Part shown: positions 41,267 through 50,579 of the stretch, in pieces
Layout: every line of letters begins with the position of its first letter
Position numbering within the stretch: the stretch's first letter is position 1
Assembly: GCA_964411385.1 (NCBI GenBank)
Contig: CAYPKT010000003.1
Span: 137,302 to 201,301, forward strand
DNA: 64,000 nucleotides
DNA from: an uncultured Candidatus Brevefilum sp.
Lineage (GTDB): Bacteria; Chloroflexota; Anaerolineae; Anaerolineales; Anaerolineaceae
Direction of reading: 5' to 3'
The notes under the pieces: model-generated
What the model saw: only the letters and a program-made list of their open reading frames with translations
Databases searched by the model: none
Told to the model about the DNA's origin: nothing
Program-made: the position numbers and the translations under genes

Positions 41267-43093
41267 CTATTCAAGATCGACATGTTGATCATCGAGATAA
41301 TAGCTATTCCCATACTTTTTTGGAGAATAATAATCATAACCACCATAATAAAAACCACGATTTTGTGGGATTCTGTTCATTACAACCCCAATTACATTGG
41401 CATGAATTCGCCTTAATTCTTCTAGGGGTGTTTTTACCGCTACAGCACGCGTTTTTCCTGGCCGAATGATATAGACCAACCCATCAATTTTTGTTGATAA
41501 AATTTGAGCATCTGTGACGATTGTTGGTGGGGTGTCGATAATGATGAAGTCAAACGAAGATTCAAGCTCACTCAAAATTCTGGTCATCCGATCGCTTGCC
41601 AATAGTTCTGCTGGGTTAGGAGGTAAGGACCCTGAAGTTATCACGGAGAGATCTGGCACCTTTTCTGATACTTGAATGGCAGAACTTAATTCAATTGGGA
41701 GCCGCATAAGGTCAGATAAGCCAATACGATTGGCAATCATCAACTGGTTGTGAATATTGGGTCTTCGCAAATCTGCATCTAACAAAAGGACACGGTTATT
41801 GCTTTGAGCTAAAACCACTGCCAGGTTGGTTGCTATCGTTGTTTTTCCTTCCTGGGGACCAGAACTGGTAACCAAAATTGTCTTTAACGGGCGGTCAACA
41901 CTAAAGAATTCTAAAGAAGTTCTTAAAGATCTGAAAGCTTCGGATACCGGTGAACGAGGTTGATTGATAACGTAAACAGGTGAATGCCCATTATTTTTTT
42001 GTGCTGATTTGCTTTTTATATCTGAGATAAAGCCGATGACTGGCAACTCAAGTTGTTCTTTAACTTCATCTGGTGTTTTGAGTGTGTCGTCAAAATATTC
42101 CACAAGGAATGCGATTCCGCCAGCCGAGAGAGCACCTACCGCGGCAAACAACAAGCCAGTCTGCATTGGTTTTGGTGAAATCGGGTTTTTTGGCACCCGG
42201 GCTGGCTCCACCTGGACAACCTTTGGGATACTTTGGACGCGCGCAAGATTTAGAGCTTCTAAACTGCTGATGCTTGTCAAATAAATTTGTTGGTAGATAT
42301 CTAATGTGCGTTGAATTTGTGCTACTTTACGGGTTGTTGTGTCGCCACGTTGGATGGGCTCTCCCATAACGGTGAGCTCGGTATTCAATTGCTGATAAAG
42401 AGATAGGATTGGCCTAATTTGGTTTAGCTCTGCTTCTAATGCCAGTCTTTGACGAGTTTGTTCATCCTCTGGTAAAAATTGGTTAATTTGAGTGATTGCA
42501 AATTCAAGAGATGTGACCTGGCTTTGCAATTGATTGATTTGTGTTTCAACCTGGGTTAGTTGTTCAGTGACCTGCGTTGTAGTAATTGTGTCAATTTCCT
42601 GTTGTAAGACATCAATTTGCGTTAAAGCATGGTCTGCCCGCTCCTGTAAATTTTGTTCGGTAGTGGTAAAACGAACGGATTGGAGGTCTTCATTTTGTTC
42701 AATTAAAATTTCCACCAGCTCATTAGCAATGAGCGCAGCTTTTTGCGGATCAGGATGCGTTACCGTTAATCGAACGAATTGTGTATCTCCAATTTGTGCG
42801 GCATTTGCTTGTCCTGAGTAAACTGCGAATCCTAATTGATCAGAGACTTGATCAAGCAAAGCTTCGGTAGATAGAAGCTCGGTGTATGTTGCAACCAGTT
42901 GTTGGTGATCGATGAAAGCATAATAATCAAAGCCGGTTGAGGCTGCACGTAATATTACAAAACGTGTGCTGGCTTGATATAACGGCGTTTCCTGGCTGTC
43001 TAAGTAATACCCAATACCACCTGCAACGAGAGTCGCTAAAATGATTAACCAAAGCCAACGTTTAAATATTTGAAAGATACTTTTTATGTCCAT
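41267..43093 (-). CDS. Polysaccharide co-polymerase / BY-kinase (Wzz domain plus tyrosine autokinase)
   Basis: Wzz-like N-terminus with a TM helix and a coiled periplasmic region. Walker A SSGPQEGKT, DADLRRP, Walker B IIIDTPP, and a C-terminal Tyr cluster FYYGGYDYYSPKKYGNSYY. I place the start at the ATG at 43093 (GGAGA SD upstream). Confidence 0.88.
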   Translation of the reverse strand: MDIKSIFQIFKRWLWLIILATLVAGGIGYYLDSQETPLYQASTRFVILRAASTGFDYYAFIDHQQLVATYTELLSTEALLDQVSDQLGFAVYSGQANAAQIGDTQFVRLTVTHPDPQKAALIANELVEILIEQNEDLQSVRFTTTEQNLQERADHALTQIDVLQQEIDTITTTQVTEQLTQVETQINQLQSQVTSLEFAITQINQFLPEDEQTRQRLALEAELNQIRPILSLYQQLNTELTVMGEPIQRGDTTTRKVAQIQRTLDIYQQIYLTSISSLEALNLARVQSIPKVVQVEPARVPKNPISPKPMQTGLLFAAVGALSAGGIAFLVEYFDDTLKTPDEVKEQLELPVIGFISDIKSKSAQKNNGHSPVYVINQPRSPVSEAFRSLRTSLEFFSVDRPLKTILVTSSGPQEGKTTIATNLAVVLAQSNNRVLLLDADLRRPNIHNQLMIANRIGLSDLMRLPIELSSAIQVSEKVPDLSVITSGSLPPNPAELLASDRMTRILSELESSFDFIIIDTPPTIVTDAQILSTKIDGLVYIIRPGKTRAVAVKTPLEELRRIHANVIGVVMNRIPQNRGFYYGGYDYYSPKKYGNSYYLDDQHVDLE

Positions 43094-43340
43094 ATAATTG
43101 TCTCCGAAGTGATGTTCAAATAGTGAACAAGCGGATGCTGACCGCAGGCAGGCGCACAATTGTTATTATTACGCGATAAAAATGGGTTAACTTTGGCGTT
43201 AATAGCCATTTGTGATTTTGATTAATAATTGACCCTATTTCCTAAAACAAGTAGATTTCAACTGAAAATTAAGAATACCATAAGTTGAATGTGATGGTAT
43301 AAAACATCCAACACAGCTCAAAACAGAAGGCCGCCTGTAA

Positions 43341-44594
43341 TTATTGACCTTCCATCCAGCGCAGGAGTTGCTGGTTGTCATCCTCCCTGTGGGCACTTTC
43401 AATCGCCCCTTTATGTTTTGCCAAAATCTGCCAGGTTGAACGCGCATAATTTTTAAATAAAAACTGTAAGCGAAGAAGGTAATTATAAATCAACGCTGGT
43501 GAATCGGGCTGCACATTGTAAAGACGTGCCATGATGTGCCTTGGAAGAAAAATCCTTTTCATTACGATACTAACTTTATCCCGCCATCGTGTGGCAGAAG
43601 CTAATCTCGCCAAGTCGGGGGTGACCATTACAGCCTCTTCAATAGGCTCCTGAAAGATCTGTGCCTTCGCCTGGATAATGACCTGCGGGTCACCAGGGCG
43701 CTCTAAGAGGCGTTCTAAGGCGTTTTGAGGCAGATGTGTGCCAAACAGGTCGTATAACAGGGTTAATGTCAGGTGTAGAACGCGATTTACTCGCCAATCA
43801 TGGGCTCGAGAAACAAGCATATCCCAATCGACCTGGTTGCCAATCCTTTCAAGGACAACATGGATATCGTAGAGTGCACCTAAACCAGCCCGCAAACGGT
43901 GTTGATAAGTGAAATGAATAGCCAGGTGTAGAACTAAATCCTCGTATGATAGGCTCAATGCCTCAATACTACCAATTTTTGAAGACAGGGCACGCTCCCA
44001 CAGCCCTTGCGGATCTACCTTGAAGCCCCAATCTGCCTCTACAATGGACCAGTGAATTTCAACATAAGGACCCCCAGGTTTGATAAAGGGGGGTATATGT
44101 TTGATATCGTTATTTTCGTCCTTTGTACTGAAATAAGCAGTTTGCTGGTACCCGAGTGCTTCCATGAGCTTGAGCGCCCTCGAAAGATGACTGCGGGGAA
44201 CGAGTAAATCGATATCGTTGAGAACTCGATCGCCGATGTTCGGATAAATGTTGTCCAAAAGATAAATCCCTTTGAGCCCAATCACTGGGACATTGGCGCC
44301 AACCAGATGGCTGATAATCCCTTCAGCATGATGCAGCAAGAGCATGTTGCGGGCTGTATTGCTGAGGTGGATGTTATGGAGACGATTGCTGATATCGGTT
44401 GGAATTGAAAAGGTGTCTGGGGGGGAGCACAGGCGCGAATAAAGCGCCATTGACAAGTTTTGCTTGGCAGCAATACCCAAGAAGGTGTCCCACTCTTCTT
44501 CTGAGAAATTTTGAATGCGGGCCAGGGCTCGTGCTGGAAAGGGACTTGCGTTGAGAACCTGGCAGAGCAGGTTAAGATGGTCTTGGGTGGTCAT
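43341..44594 (-). CDS. PF14907-like uncharacterised nucleotidyltransferase
   Basis: 417 aa. The pattern LKGIYL...GDRVLNDIDLLVP...LGY...IKHIPPF...VEIHW is typical of the NTP_transf_5 family. Confidence 0.65.
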   Translation of the reverse strand: MTTQDHLNLLCQVLNASPFPARALARIQNFSEEEWDTFLGIAAKQNLSMALYSRLCSPPDTFSIPTDISNRLHNIHLSNTARNMLLLHHAEGIISHLVGANVPVIGLKGIYLLDNIYPNIGDRVLNDIDLLVPRSHLSRALKLMEALGYQQTAYFSTKDENNDIKHIPPFIKPGGPYVEIHWSIVEADWGFKVDPQGLWERALSSKIGSIEALSLSYEDLVLHLAIHFTYQHRLRAGLGALYDIHVVLERIGNQVDWDMLVSRAHDWRVNRVLHLTLTLLYDLFGTHLPQNALERLLERPGDPQVIIQAKAQIFQEPIEEAVMVTPDLARLASATRWRDKVSIVMKRIFLPRHIMARLYNVQPDSPALIYNYLLRLQFLFKNYARSTWQILAKHKGAIESAHREDDNQQLLRWMEGQ

Positions 44595-44722
44595 AAAAAT
44601 TTTATACTAATATAAGATATTTAATATATCTTGGTGCTTCATATCAATTAATGATAAATTTTTCAAAATCACCGAGAATATTGGTGTGATAATCTGCAAT
44701 TGGATTTCAAATTAATAGTTTT

Positions 44723-47700
44723 CTATTTATTTGGACCACTGATAAAAAGCGGGAGAAAAATCCCAAATCCAGTAATTGTTGCATTTTCTTTGGGAATTAT
44801 TTCGATCGTTACCTTCGCCAGGTTAGAATCAAGGGACCCATCATTTGCAATGAAAGTAAATGAATCAGTGCCGATATAATTTCCAGTCGGTGTATAAACC
44901 CGTTCGGGCGAGCCTTGTTCGCCTGATAATAACCCGTATATTGGCTCATCGACAATTGTAAATGTAAATTCTGTATCGTCTGGATTGTTAAATAAATTGT
45001 TAGAACTTCTCAACAGCATATTACTGCTATCAGCCGTAAGAGTAATATTTATCGGTACTTCCATTCGAGTAGAAAGATCTTGGTCATGTGCGATGGGACG
45101 ATTTTTGGAAATGACTTCAAGGGTAACCGTAGCGATGTTTGAAGTTTTTGTACCATCAGAGATACTATAGGTAAAGCTATCTACCCCATAAAAACCATCA
45201 TTTGGCGTATAGTTGAATGAGCCATCTGATGAGAGATCAAGTGTGCCGTATTGAACATTGGCTGCCAAAGACGTGGTTAATGCAGCCTTGTTTGGGTTAG
45301 TATCGTTGTTTAACACGCCTGTTTCGACAGGAACAATTAATTCGGTATCTTCTAAAATTGAATAATGATCGTTTACGGCGGTTAAACTTAGAGCTATTCG
45401 CATAGCCGGATCACCAAATAGGAGGTAAGTATCAATTTGGTCAAGGTCTCGACCTGAATTCCACAGGGTAAGCAAACTATTTTGAATGGCAGTCCCTAAT
45501 TTGGGGCTGCCATGCACGAACACAGATTCCAAAAAGCCATAATTTAGCCGCTCATGACCGCGATTGGTACCCCAGCCAGTGGGTGACCAGCTGGCTGCTG
45601 CGCCTTTGCCCGGTGTACGGGTGATGACTTCAGCCAGAGAATCTCTGGTCGTTAACTGGTGTGGCCAGATATAATAGCCATCTTGGCAGGTAAATGAAAG
45701 CAAAATCGATAGTTTTTCATTGTCTGGTGCCAGCGAATTGATGTGATCGGTTTTAAAAAACACTGGGTTTTTTCCCCAGCCTCCATAATAACCGTGACCG
45801 AAATAGTTAACAAAAAGCGAACCCTGGTTAAAGCCATCTTTAATAGTTGCTGTGGCTTGGTCAAGATCTGAATGGTTTTTTTTCCAATACATCTTTTCCA
45901 AGGAATAGGGCTGTGCAGGATACAGCTGGTTTAAAATAGCGTTTAACATCGCTGCATAATTGCTGCTAGGGCTCGAATCATAATCGGTCACTGCTAAAAG
46001 GTGATGTTGCCAATCGCCAAGGGGTGGGTTCGTTTCATAGGCAATAATTTTAGCAATAAAAGCTGCAGCTTCCTCCGGGGTATTGACCGCTAAACGCCCT
46101 AAAAGCATATTCGGGAGTGTGCTTTCGGTAGAAAGGCTGACGTAACGGTTGTCTGCGGCTGTTTCGCCGATGTTAGGGTCTACATTGGCTAAAAAGGGCA
46201 GGATAAAGCTTGGTTTCCCCCAATTTAAATAGTTTTTTGGGTCATAATGACCGTCCCCCACCAGCAAAACATAGGATGGGGCAGGTTCAGCCCAGGATTC
46301 CAGGGTGTAAGCCAAAAAGTTTTGCAAAGCCAAAACATCAGTGATGCCATAACCAAATTCATCATAAATGTCTTGGATATCAACCAAAACCGTATCAAGC
46401 CCCGAACCCTGACGGTACTGACGCAAAACCTCTGCCTGCTCCAAGAAATCTGCATGAGATATGATGAGGTAATCCGCCCGGTTTGAGATCGCGCTTAAAT
46501 TAGAAGGCTTATCCAAAGTGATGCCCTCTATGCTACGAAACGTCGCAGGGGTGCCAGACCAATAATGTACTGTCCCTATGATTTCGTCTTCGAAAGATAC
46601 GGTAAAGGCTGGGCCAACTTCTTGAATATCGAAATTTTGAATCTGGACAGGTTGGTGTGGGTTACTAATATCATAAATCTCTGCATCACCGCTGGTAAAA
46701 CCTTCTAATTTATATTGCCAGGTTCCAGCTTGATGAAAATTGAAGGCGAGCTCATCGCCCACAATCTCAAAAGAGCGGTCATAATTAAACTCGACCCAAT
46801 CAATATAAAAGGTATCAATTGTAATGCCGTTGTCAGCGTGTTCTTGGATCGTAAGTGTATTTTCGCCGGCAACCAGAACCCCCTGGGGGATATCAACCTC
46901 TGCCAGGTGAAAGTTAACTCCATCCCAGCGGATGTTATCCTCGATCTGGACTCCATTAATAAAAAGGACGGCGTGGTGATCGGGGTTAACACTGATATCC
47001 TGTGTAATCCCCATTAATAGGACCCGGAGGTGGACGATTTCACTTTGGCGATTTTGTAAGGTAAAAGATAAATCCCAATTCCTATCTGGACTTACCCATT
47101 CGCTAAAAAAATGTTCATACTCTCCTGGCGCCCCAGAAGAAACATAATAAGTGTTTTTTTCTATATGATAGGTATTAACAAAAGAGGAAGGAACCGGCGA
47201 GGAGCCTTCCAAAGTACCGTCTCGGGCGCCAATCCGTAAACCAGATGTTTTCCCATAAGTGAGCCAATAGATATTATCTTTTGTATATTTGTTGTCGATG
47301 CTTTGACCGTAAAATAAGATTGATTTGTCGGGGTTGACGATAATAGCAACCTCTTCGCCCAGGTGAAATAGCTGTAAAGTGTCTGGGTTAAGGCTGTCAA
47401 TCGGCACTCCAGCATCAACCAATTGGCCTGCGGTGAGATGGTAAAAACCATCCTCTTGGATTGAGATTTTCCAAGCAGGATCTGGGAGTGACCAATGTAA
47501 AGAACGTTGTTCGGCGATGCCTCTTTCGAGGGATGAATTCAGTCCCCGCCAGGATTTAGCCACGTCATAATTTAACAAGCTGCTTTGAAAAATGCTTTCA
47601 TATATAGATGAATCGGGTTCGTAAGACCGCTGCAATTGGGATGAAGCGCCGGAGAAGCTGACTTCGACGTAAATATCTTCATAAATGGTGAGTTCATTCA

Positions 47701-48280
47701 AGTTGGGGGCCCATTGAAAGGGGTAGACCCCGATACTGACCAAGCGTTGTTTGCGCAGGGTGCCGTCGTTGACCACCTCGGCAAACTGGCCGGGGTAGGG
47801 GACGTCTGCACGGTAAACAGATGGGTCTTGTTCGTAGATGGTTGTAATCTCCTTCGGAATGGGTAACCCGTCGTTGAGCTCCGGATCTTCCCAGGTTACC
47901 ACCTCACGGCTTTGGGGGAGGATGGGTGCATCTAACTTGATGGTATGGGCTTTTCCGGGGCTAACATGGAGGTCAATGGACGCACCGAACGGGGCGCCGA
48001 TCGCCTGGGTAAAGAAGGGCAGCTGGGGTGCACCTGGATCGCCTGAAGTCGGCCACCCCGGTAACAAAATTTGCGTATAATCCCCTGAGTTTGTCGATAA
48101 CAATTCTTGGATCACCCGGTCGGCAGGAACGTTGAGTGTAAAACTTAACCCATAGCTATCGCTTGAATGCAGTGTGATCTCACCCTCATCAACCACGGCG
48201 CTAACAGCACTGCCGGGCGATGGTGTTATAAGGGTGATCAAAATACCTGTAGTGAGGAGAATGTTGATTATTTTTTTCAT
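44723..48280 (-). CDS. Secreted gingipain-like (peptidase C25 family) protein with two C-terminal cadherin/Ig-like modules and a short hydrophobic tail
   Basis: Signal peptide and a propeptide-like N-terminus. Catalytic-type motifs FVNYFGHGYYGGWG (His) and LLSFTCQDGYY (Cys). Two repeats of the type VLNNDTN...YTPNDGFYGVDSFTYSISDG. The tail is ITGFGIFLPLFISGPNK. Confidence 0.72.
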   Translation of the reverse strand: MKKIINILLTTGILITLITPSPGSAVSAVVDEGEITLHSSDSYGLSFTLNVPADRVIQELLSTNSGDYTQILLPGWPTSGDPGAPQLPFFTQAIGAPFGASIDLHVSPGKAHTIKLDAPILPQSREVVTWEDPELNDGLPIPKEITTIYEQDPSVYRADVPYPGQFAEVVNDGTLRKQRLVSIGVYPFQWAPNLNELTIYEDIYVEVSFSGASSQLQRSYEPDSSIYESIFQSSLLNYDVAKSWRGLNSSLERGIAEQRSLHWSLPDPAWKISIQEDGFYHLTAGQLVDAGVPIDSLNPDTLQLFHLGEEVAIIVNPDKSILFYGQSIDNKYTKDNIYWLTYGKTSGLRIGARDGTLEGSSPVPSSFVNTYHIEKNTYYVSSGAPGEYEHFFSEWVSPDRNWDLSFTLQNRQSEIVHLRVLLMGITQDISVNPDHHAVLFINGVQIEDNIRWDGVNFHLAEVDIPQGVLVAGENTLTIQEHADNGITIDTFYIDWVEFNYDRSFEIVGDELAFNFHQAGTWQYKLEGFTSGDAEIYDISNPHQPVQIQNFDIQEVGPAFTVSFEDEIIGTVHYWSGTPATFRSIEGITLDKPSNLSAISNRADYLIISHADFLEQAEVLRQYRQGSGLDTVLVDIQDIYDEFGYGITDVLALQNFLAYTLESWAEPAPSYVLLVGDGHYDPKNYLNWGKPSFILPFLANVDPNIGETAADNRYVSLSTESTLPNMLLGRLAVNTPEEAAAFIAKIIAYETNPPLGDWQHHLLAVTDYDSSPSSNYAAMLNAILNQLYPAQPYSLEKMYWKKNHSDLDQATATIKDGFNQGSLFVNYFGHGYYGGWGKNPVFFKTDHINSLAPDNEKLSILLSFTCQDGYYIWPHQLTTRDSLAEVITRTPGKGAAASWSPTGWGTNRGHERLNYGFLESVFVHGSPKLGTAIQNSLLTLWNSGRDLDQIDTYLLFGDPAMRIALSLTAVNDHYSILEDTELIVPVETGVLNNDTNPNKAALTTSLAANVQYGTLDLSSDGSFNYTPNDGFYGVDSFTYSISDGTKTSNIATVTLEVISKNRPIAHDQDLSTRMEVPINITLTADSSNMLLRSSNNLFNNPDDTEFTFTIVDEPIYGLLSGEQGSPERVYTPTGNYIGTDSFTFIANDGSLDSNLAKVTIEIIPKENATITGFGIFLPLFISGPNK

Positions 48281-48320
48281 TTAATTGACTATCCTGGTTT
48301 ATTATTTTTTACCCTAAAAC

Positions 48321-49187
48321 CTAAGCATTTTCAATGGTTTCTACCAGGTTAGACCCCTGCTGATAGGCGAGCGTGAAGAATGGTACATGGGTTGTCAAGC
48401 CTTCTAAATTTTCTAAAATATGATTGATTAATTCTGAGCGATAATAAGGAATGAAGGCTGTTTGTAAAATTTTTAAAACCCCATTGGCTGCGGTAAGCGC
48501 GGATAAGGTTTGCGGAGAGGACCTGTCGAGGAAGAACAATTTTTTCAAGGGTACACCTAAAGGGGAGCAGCGATCTGCCCGCACATGCCAGGGCGTGCCG
48601 TAGATCCAAAACTGTCCATCCTGGTAACGGAGGATAACCTGGTCCTCACCTAAAACGGTGATCCCCGGTTTGTCGGCTAAATCATCGGCGATGGTTGATT
48701 TCCCTGCACCGGATGGACCAAAAAAGACATAGCCTGAGCCAGCAAGGGCGACACCTGAGGCGTGCAAGATGAGGTCACCGTAATTTGCCAGGTAATTTGA
48801 AAACAAAACTATGTCTAAATATTGCAGCGGGTAAAAATCAAGCTCTCCTGGAGTATTTTGATCAATAAATACCTCTCCACATTGAAAGTTAGGGTCGATC
48901 ACCACCCAGCGTTTTGGCAAAATTTCAGACAGGAAAAACACATAATTCCCAGCGGGCTCTTTCCATAGTTCCCAAAGTGGGTTTTTAACAATCAGGTGAT
49001 TAGCCAATGGGCTTTTGAACACATGCTCAGATAATAATAGCCTTATAGGCATTGGACGATCAGCTAATAACCCCACTGGTAAATCTTCAGAAAGAAGAAA
49101 ACCCTGGTAAGATGACGGAAGCCAGGTGGGTTGTGTTGAACTCCTGGCTTCCAGAATGAGTTGTGAACCTCCGATAGATAAAATCAC
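48321..49187 (-). CDS. HPr-kinase-related (HprK C-terminal-domain-like) P-loop kinase
   Basis: LILHASGVALAGSGYVFFGPSGAGKSTIADDL matches the HprK-like Walker A region. The start is a GTG at 49187 and is uncertain. Confidence 0.65.
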   Translation of the reverse strand: MILSIGGSQLILEARSSTQPTWLPSSYQGFLLSEDLPVGLLADRPMPIRLLLSEHVFKSPLANHLIVKNPLWELWKEPAGNYVFFLSEILPKRWVVIDPNFQCGEVFIDQNTPGELDFYPLQYLDIVLFSNYLANYGDLILHASGVALAGSGYVFFGPSGAGKSTIADDLADKPGITVLGEDQVILRYQDGQFWIYGTPWHVRADRCSPLGVPLKKLFFLDRSSPQTLSALTAANGVLKILQTAFIPYYRSELINHILENLEGLTTHVPFFTLAYQQGSNLVETIENA

Positions 49188-49281
49188 AAAGAAATTTTCG
49201 TTGATTACAAAAACGAAATTTATTGGTTAATTCGTGTAAAAATATTAACCTATTAATAACGAAGGTAAGGATCATCCCCGG

Positions 49282-49467
49282 TTACGGGTGTGCACCTTCA
49301 GGACAGCCAACATGTTGATCATAACAAGCAATAGTCCATCCAGATGAGCCGGGAATTTCTTCTGCGGGGTATAAATTTGGGCTGGTATGGCAAACACCTA
49401 AGATAGCGCTTTTATAGGCAAGCTCTACTTTTTTAACGGTTGGCGCTGTGTATGGCTTTTTATTCAT
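49282..49467 (-). CDS. Candidate RiPP precursor peptide (61 aa, 3 Cys)
   Basis: MNKKPYTAPTVKKVELAYKSAILGVCHTSPNLYPAEEIPGSSGWTIACYDQHVGCPEGAHP. SD AGGAGA lies 9 nt upstream of the ATG at 49467. This start overlaps the stop of the radical SAM gene by 8 nt. Confidence 0.6.
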   Translation of the reverse strand: MNKKPYTAPTVKKVELAYKSAILGVCHTSPNLYPAEEIPGSSGWTIACYDQHVGCPEGAHP

Positions 49468-50572
49468 GGCTATGGATCTCCTTTGAAACATTCATTATGT
49501 TAATAATATCATATTCTGTATTTTTTGCCAATTGGCAAACATAATCGACAATGCTTTCATTATCGCCGTAAACCAATTGCGAGAACCCTGGGCATTGAGC
49601 ACATAACCCCGAAGCGGTGCAGGTTAAACAGGATGAAGGTTGTGTGCGTAATCTTTTAGGTTCAAGCCCCAGTTTTTTCCAGGCAGCGTCAAAGCCTGTG
49701 GTTAATACATCGTAAGACGTTTGACGTGCCATCATGCATAAATTAATGCGTCCGGCACTGTCAATATGAAATGATCGAAACCCAGCACCGCAATGGTAGA
49801 TGCGCTCATCTCTTAAGGTCAGCCCATTTGTATTTTCAAAGGTTTGAATCCAACCCTCCATACGCTTTGGGTCACGATGATTAAGTTTCAGCATGTCATC
49901 GATAGAAAGGCGGTAATTAAAATTGTCGTTGTTCCCATCGAGCCGGGGCCAGATGGTGCCATCATAATGTAATTCAACCCCGTAACTATCAGCGAGAGCG
50001 ACCATGTTTTGTAAGTCATGCTTATTTAGGCTGATCACCACCGATTTAAGGACGAATTTAATCCCACTGCTGGCGATTAAATCCAACCCAGCGGTAAAAC
50101 GTCTAAAAGAACCTGGAATGCGGGTGACAGCTTCATAAGTTTCTTCTGTTCCACCATACATGGTGACCTCAATTTGGGAAGGTGGGGCATCTAACAGCAT
50201 GTCTATGATCTTTGGCGTCATCATGGTGGCGTTCGTGAACAAGGTGATGATCAAGCCTTTTTTGCGGGCATACTGGTAAATTTCAGAAAAATCGGGGCGC
50301 AGCAGAGGTTCACCGCCGGTTATCAACAGGAACAGGGTGCCGGCTGCAGCAATTTGGTCGAAAATCGATTTAACTTGCGGGGTTGTCATTTCAGCCGCAA
50401 TCGCTTCAAGGCTGCCAGGCGGCTGGTTGATATAACAATGGACGCAGTTTAAATTGCAGCGGCTGGTGAGGTCAATACTGCCGCTGAGCGGGAATCGAGC
50501 ATCACCGATCGGCTTGTAAAATTGCTCCCACCAGGTAGCATTGTCAATTTCAGGGATGTTTAAACAATCCAT
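49460..50572 (-). CDS. Radical SAM enzyme with a C-terminal SPASM-like auxiliary cluster domain
   Basis: CNLNCVHCY (CxxxCxxC), GGEPLL, and a Cys-rich C-terminus (CGAGF...LCMM...CLTCTASGLCAQCPG). The start is either the ATG at 50572 or the GTG at 50617; the latter would overlap the PqqD gene by 38 nt. Confidence 0.85.
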   Translation of the reverse strand: MDCLNIPEIDNATWWEQFYKPIGDARFPLSGSIDLTSRCNLNCVHCYINQPPGSLEAIAAEMTTPQVKSIFDQIAAAGTLFLLITGGEPLLRPDFSEIYQYARKKGLIITLFTNATMMTPKIIDMLLDAPPSQIEVTMYGGTEETYEAVTRIPGSFRRFTAGLDLIASSGIKFVLKSVVISLNKHDLQNMVALADSYGVELHYDGTIWPRLDGNNDNFNYRLSIDDMLKLNHRDPKRMEGWIQTFENTNGLTLRDERIYHCGAGFRSFHIDSAGRINLCMMARQTSYDVLTTGFDAAWKKLGLEPKRLRTQPSSCLTCTASGLCAQCPGFSQLVYGDNESIVDYVCQLAKNTEYDIINIMNVSKEIHSHE

Positions 50573-50579
50573 AAGGTAT

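Noticed and set aside
43094-43159. Longer start for the BY-kinase ORF (MCACLRSASACSLFEHHFGDNY)
   Set aside because: There is no SD. The ATG at 43093 has a GGAGA SD and yields the usual Wzz N-terminus just before TM1.
49468-49491. 69-aa version of the small peptide ORF starting at 49491
   Set aside because: That ATG has no SD, and the extension would be translated through the AGGAGA that sits at the ideal distance from the ATG at 49467.
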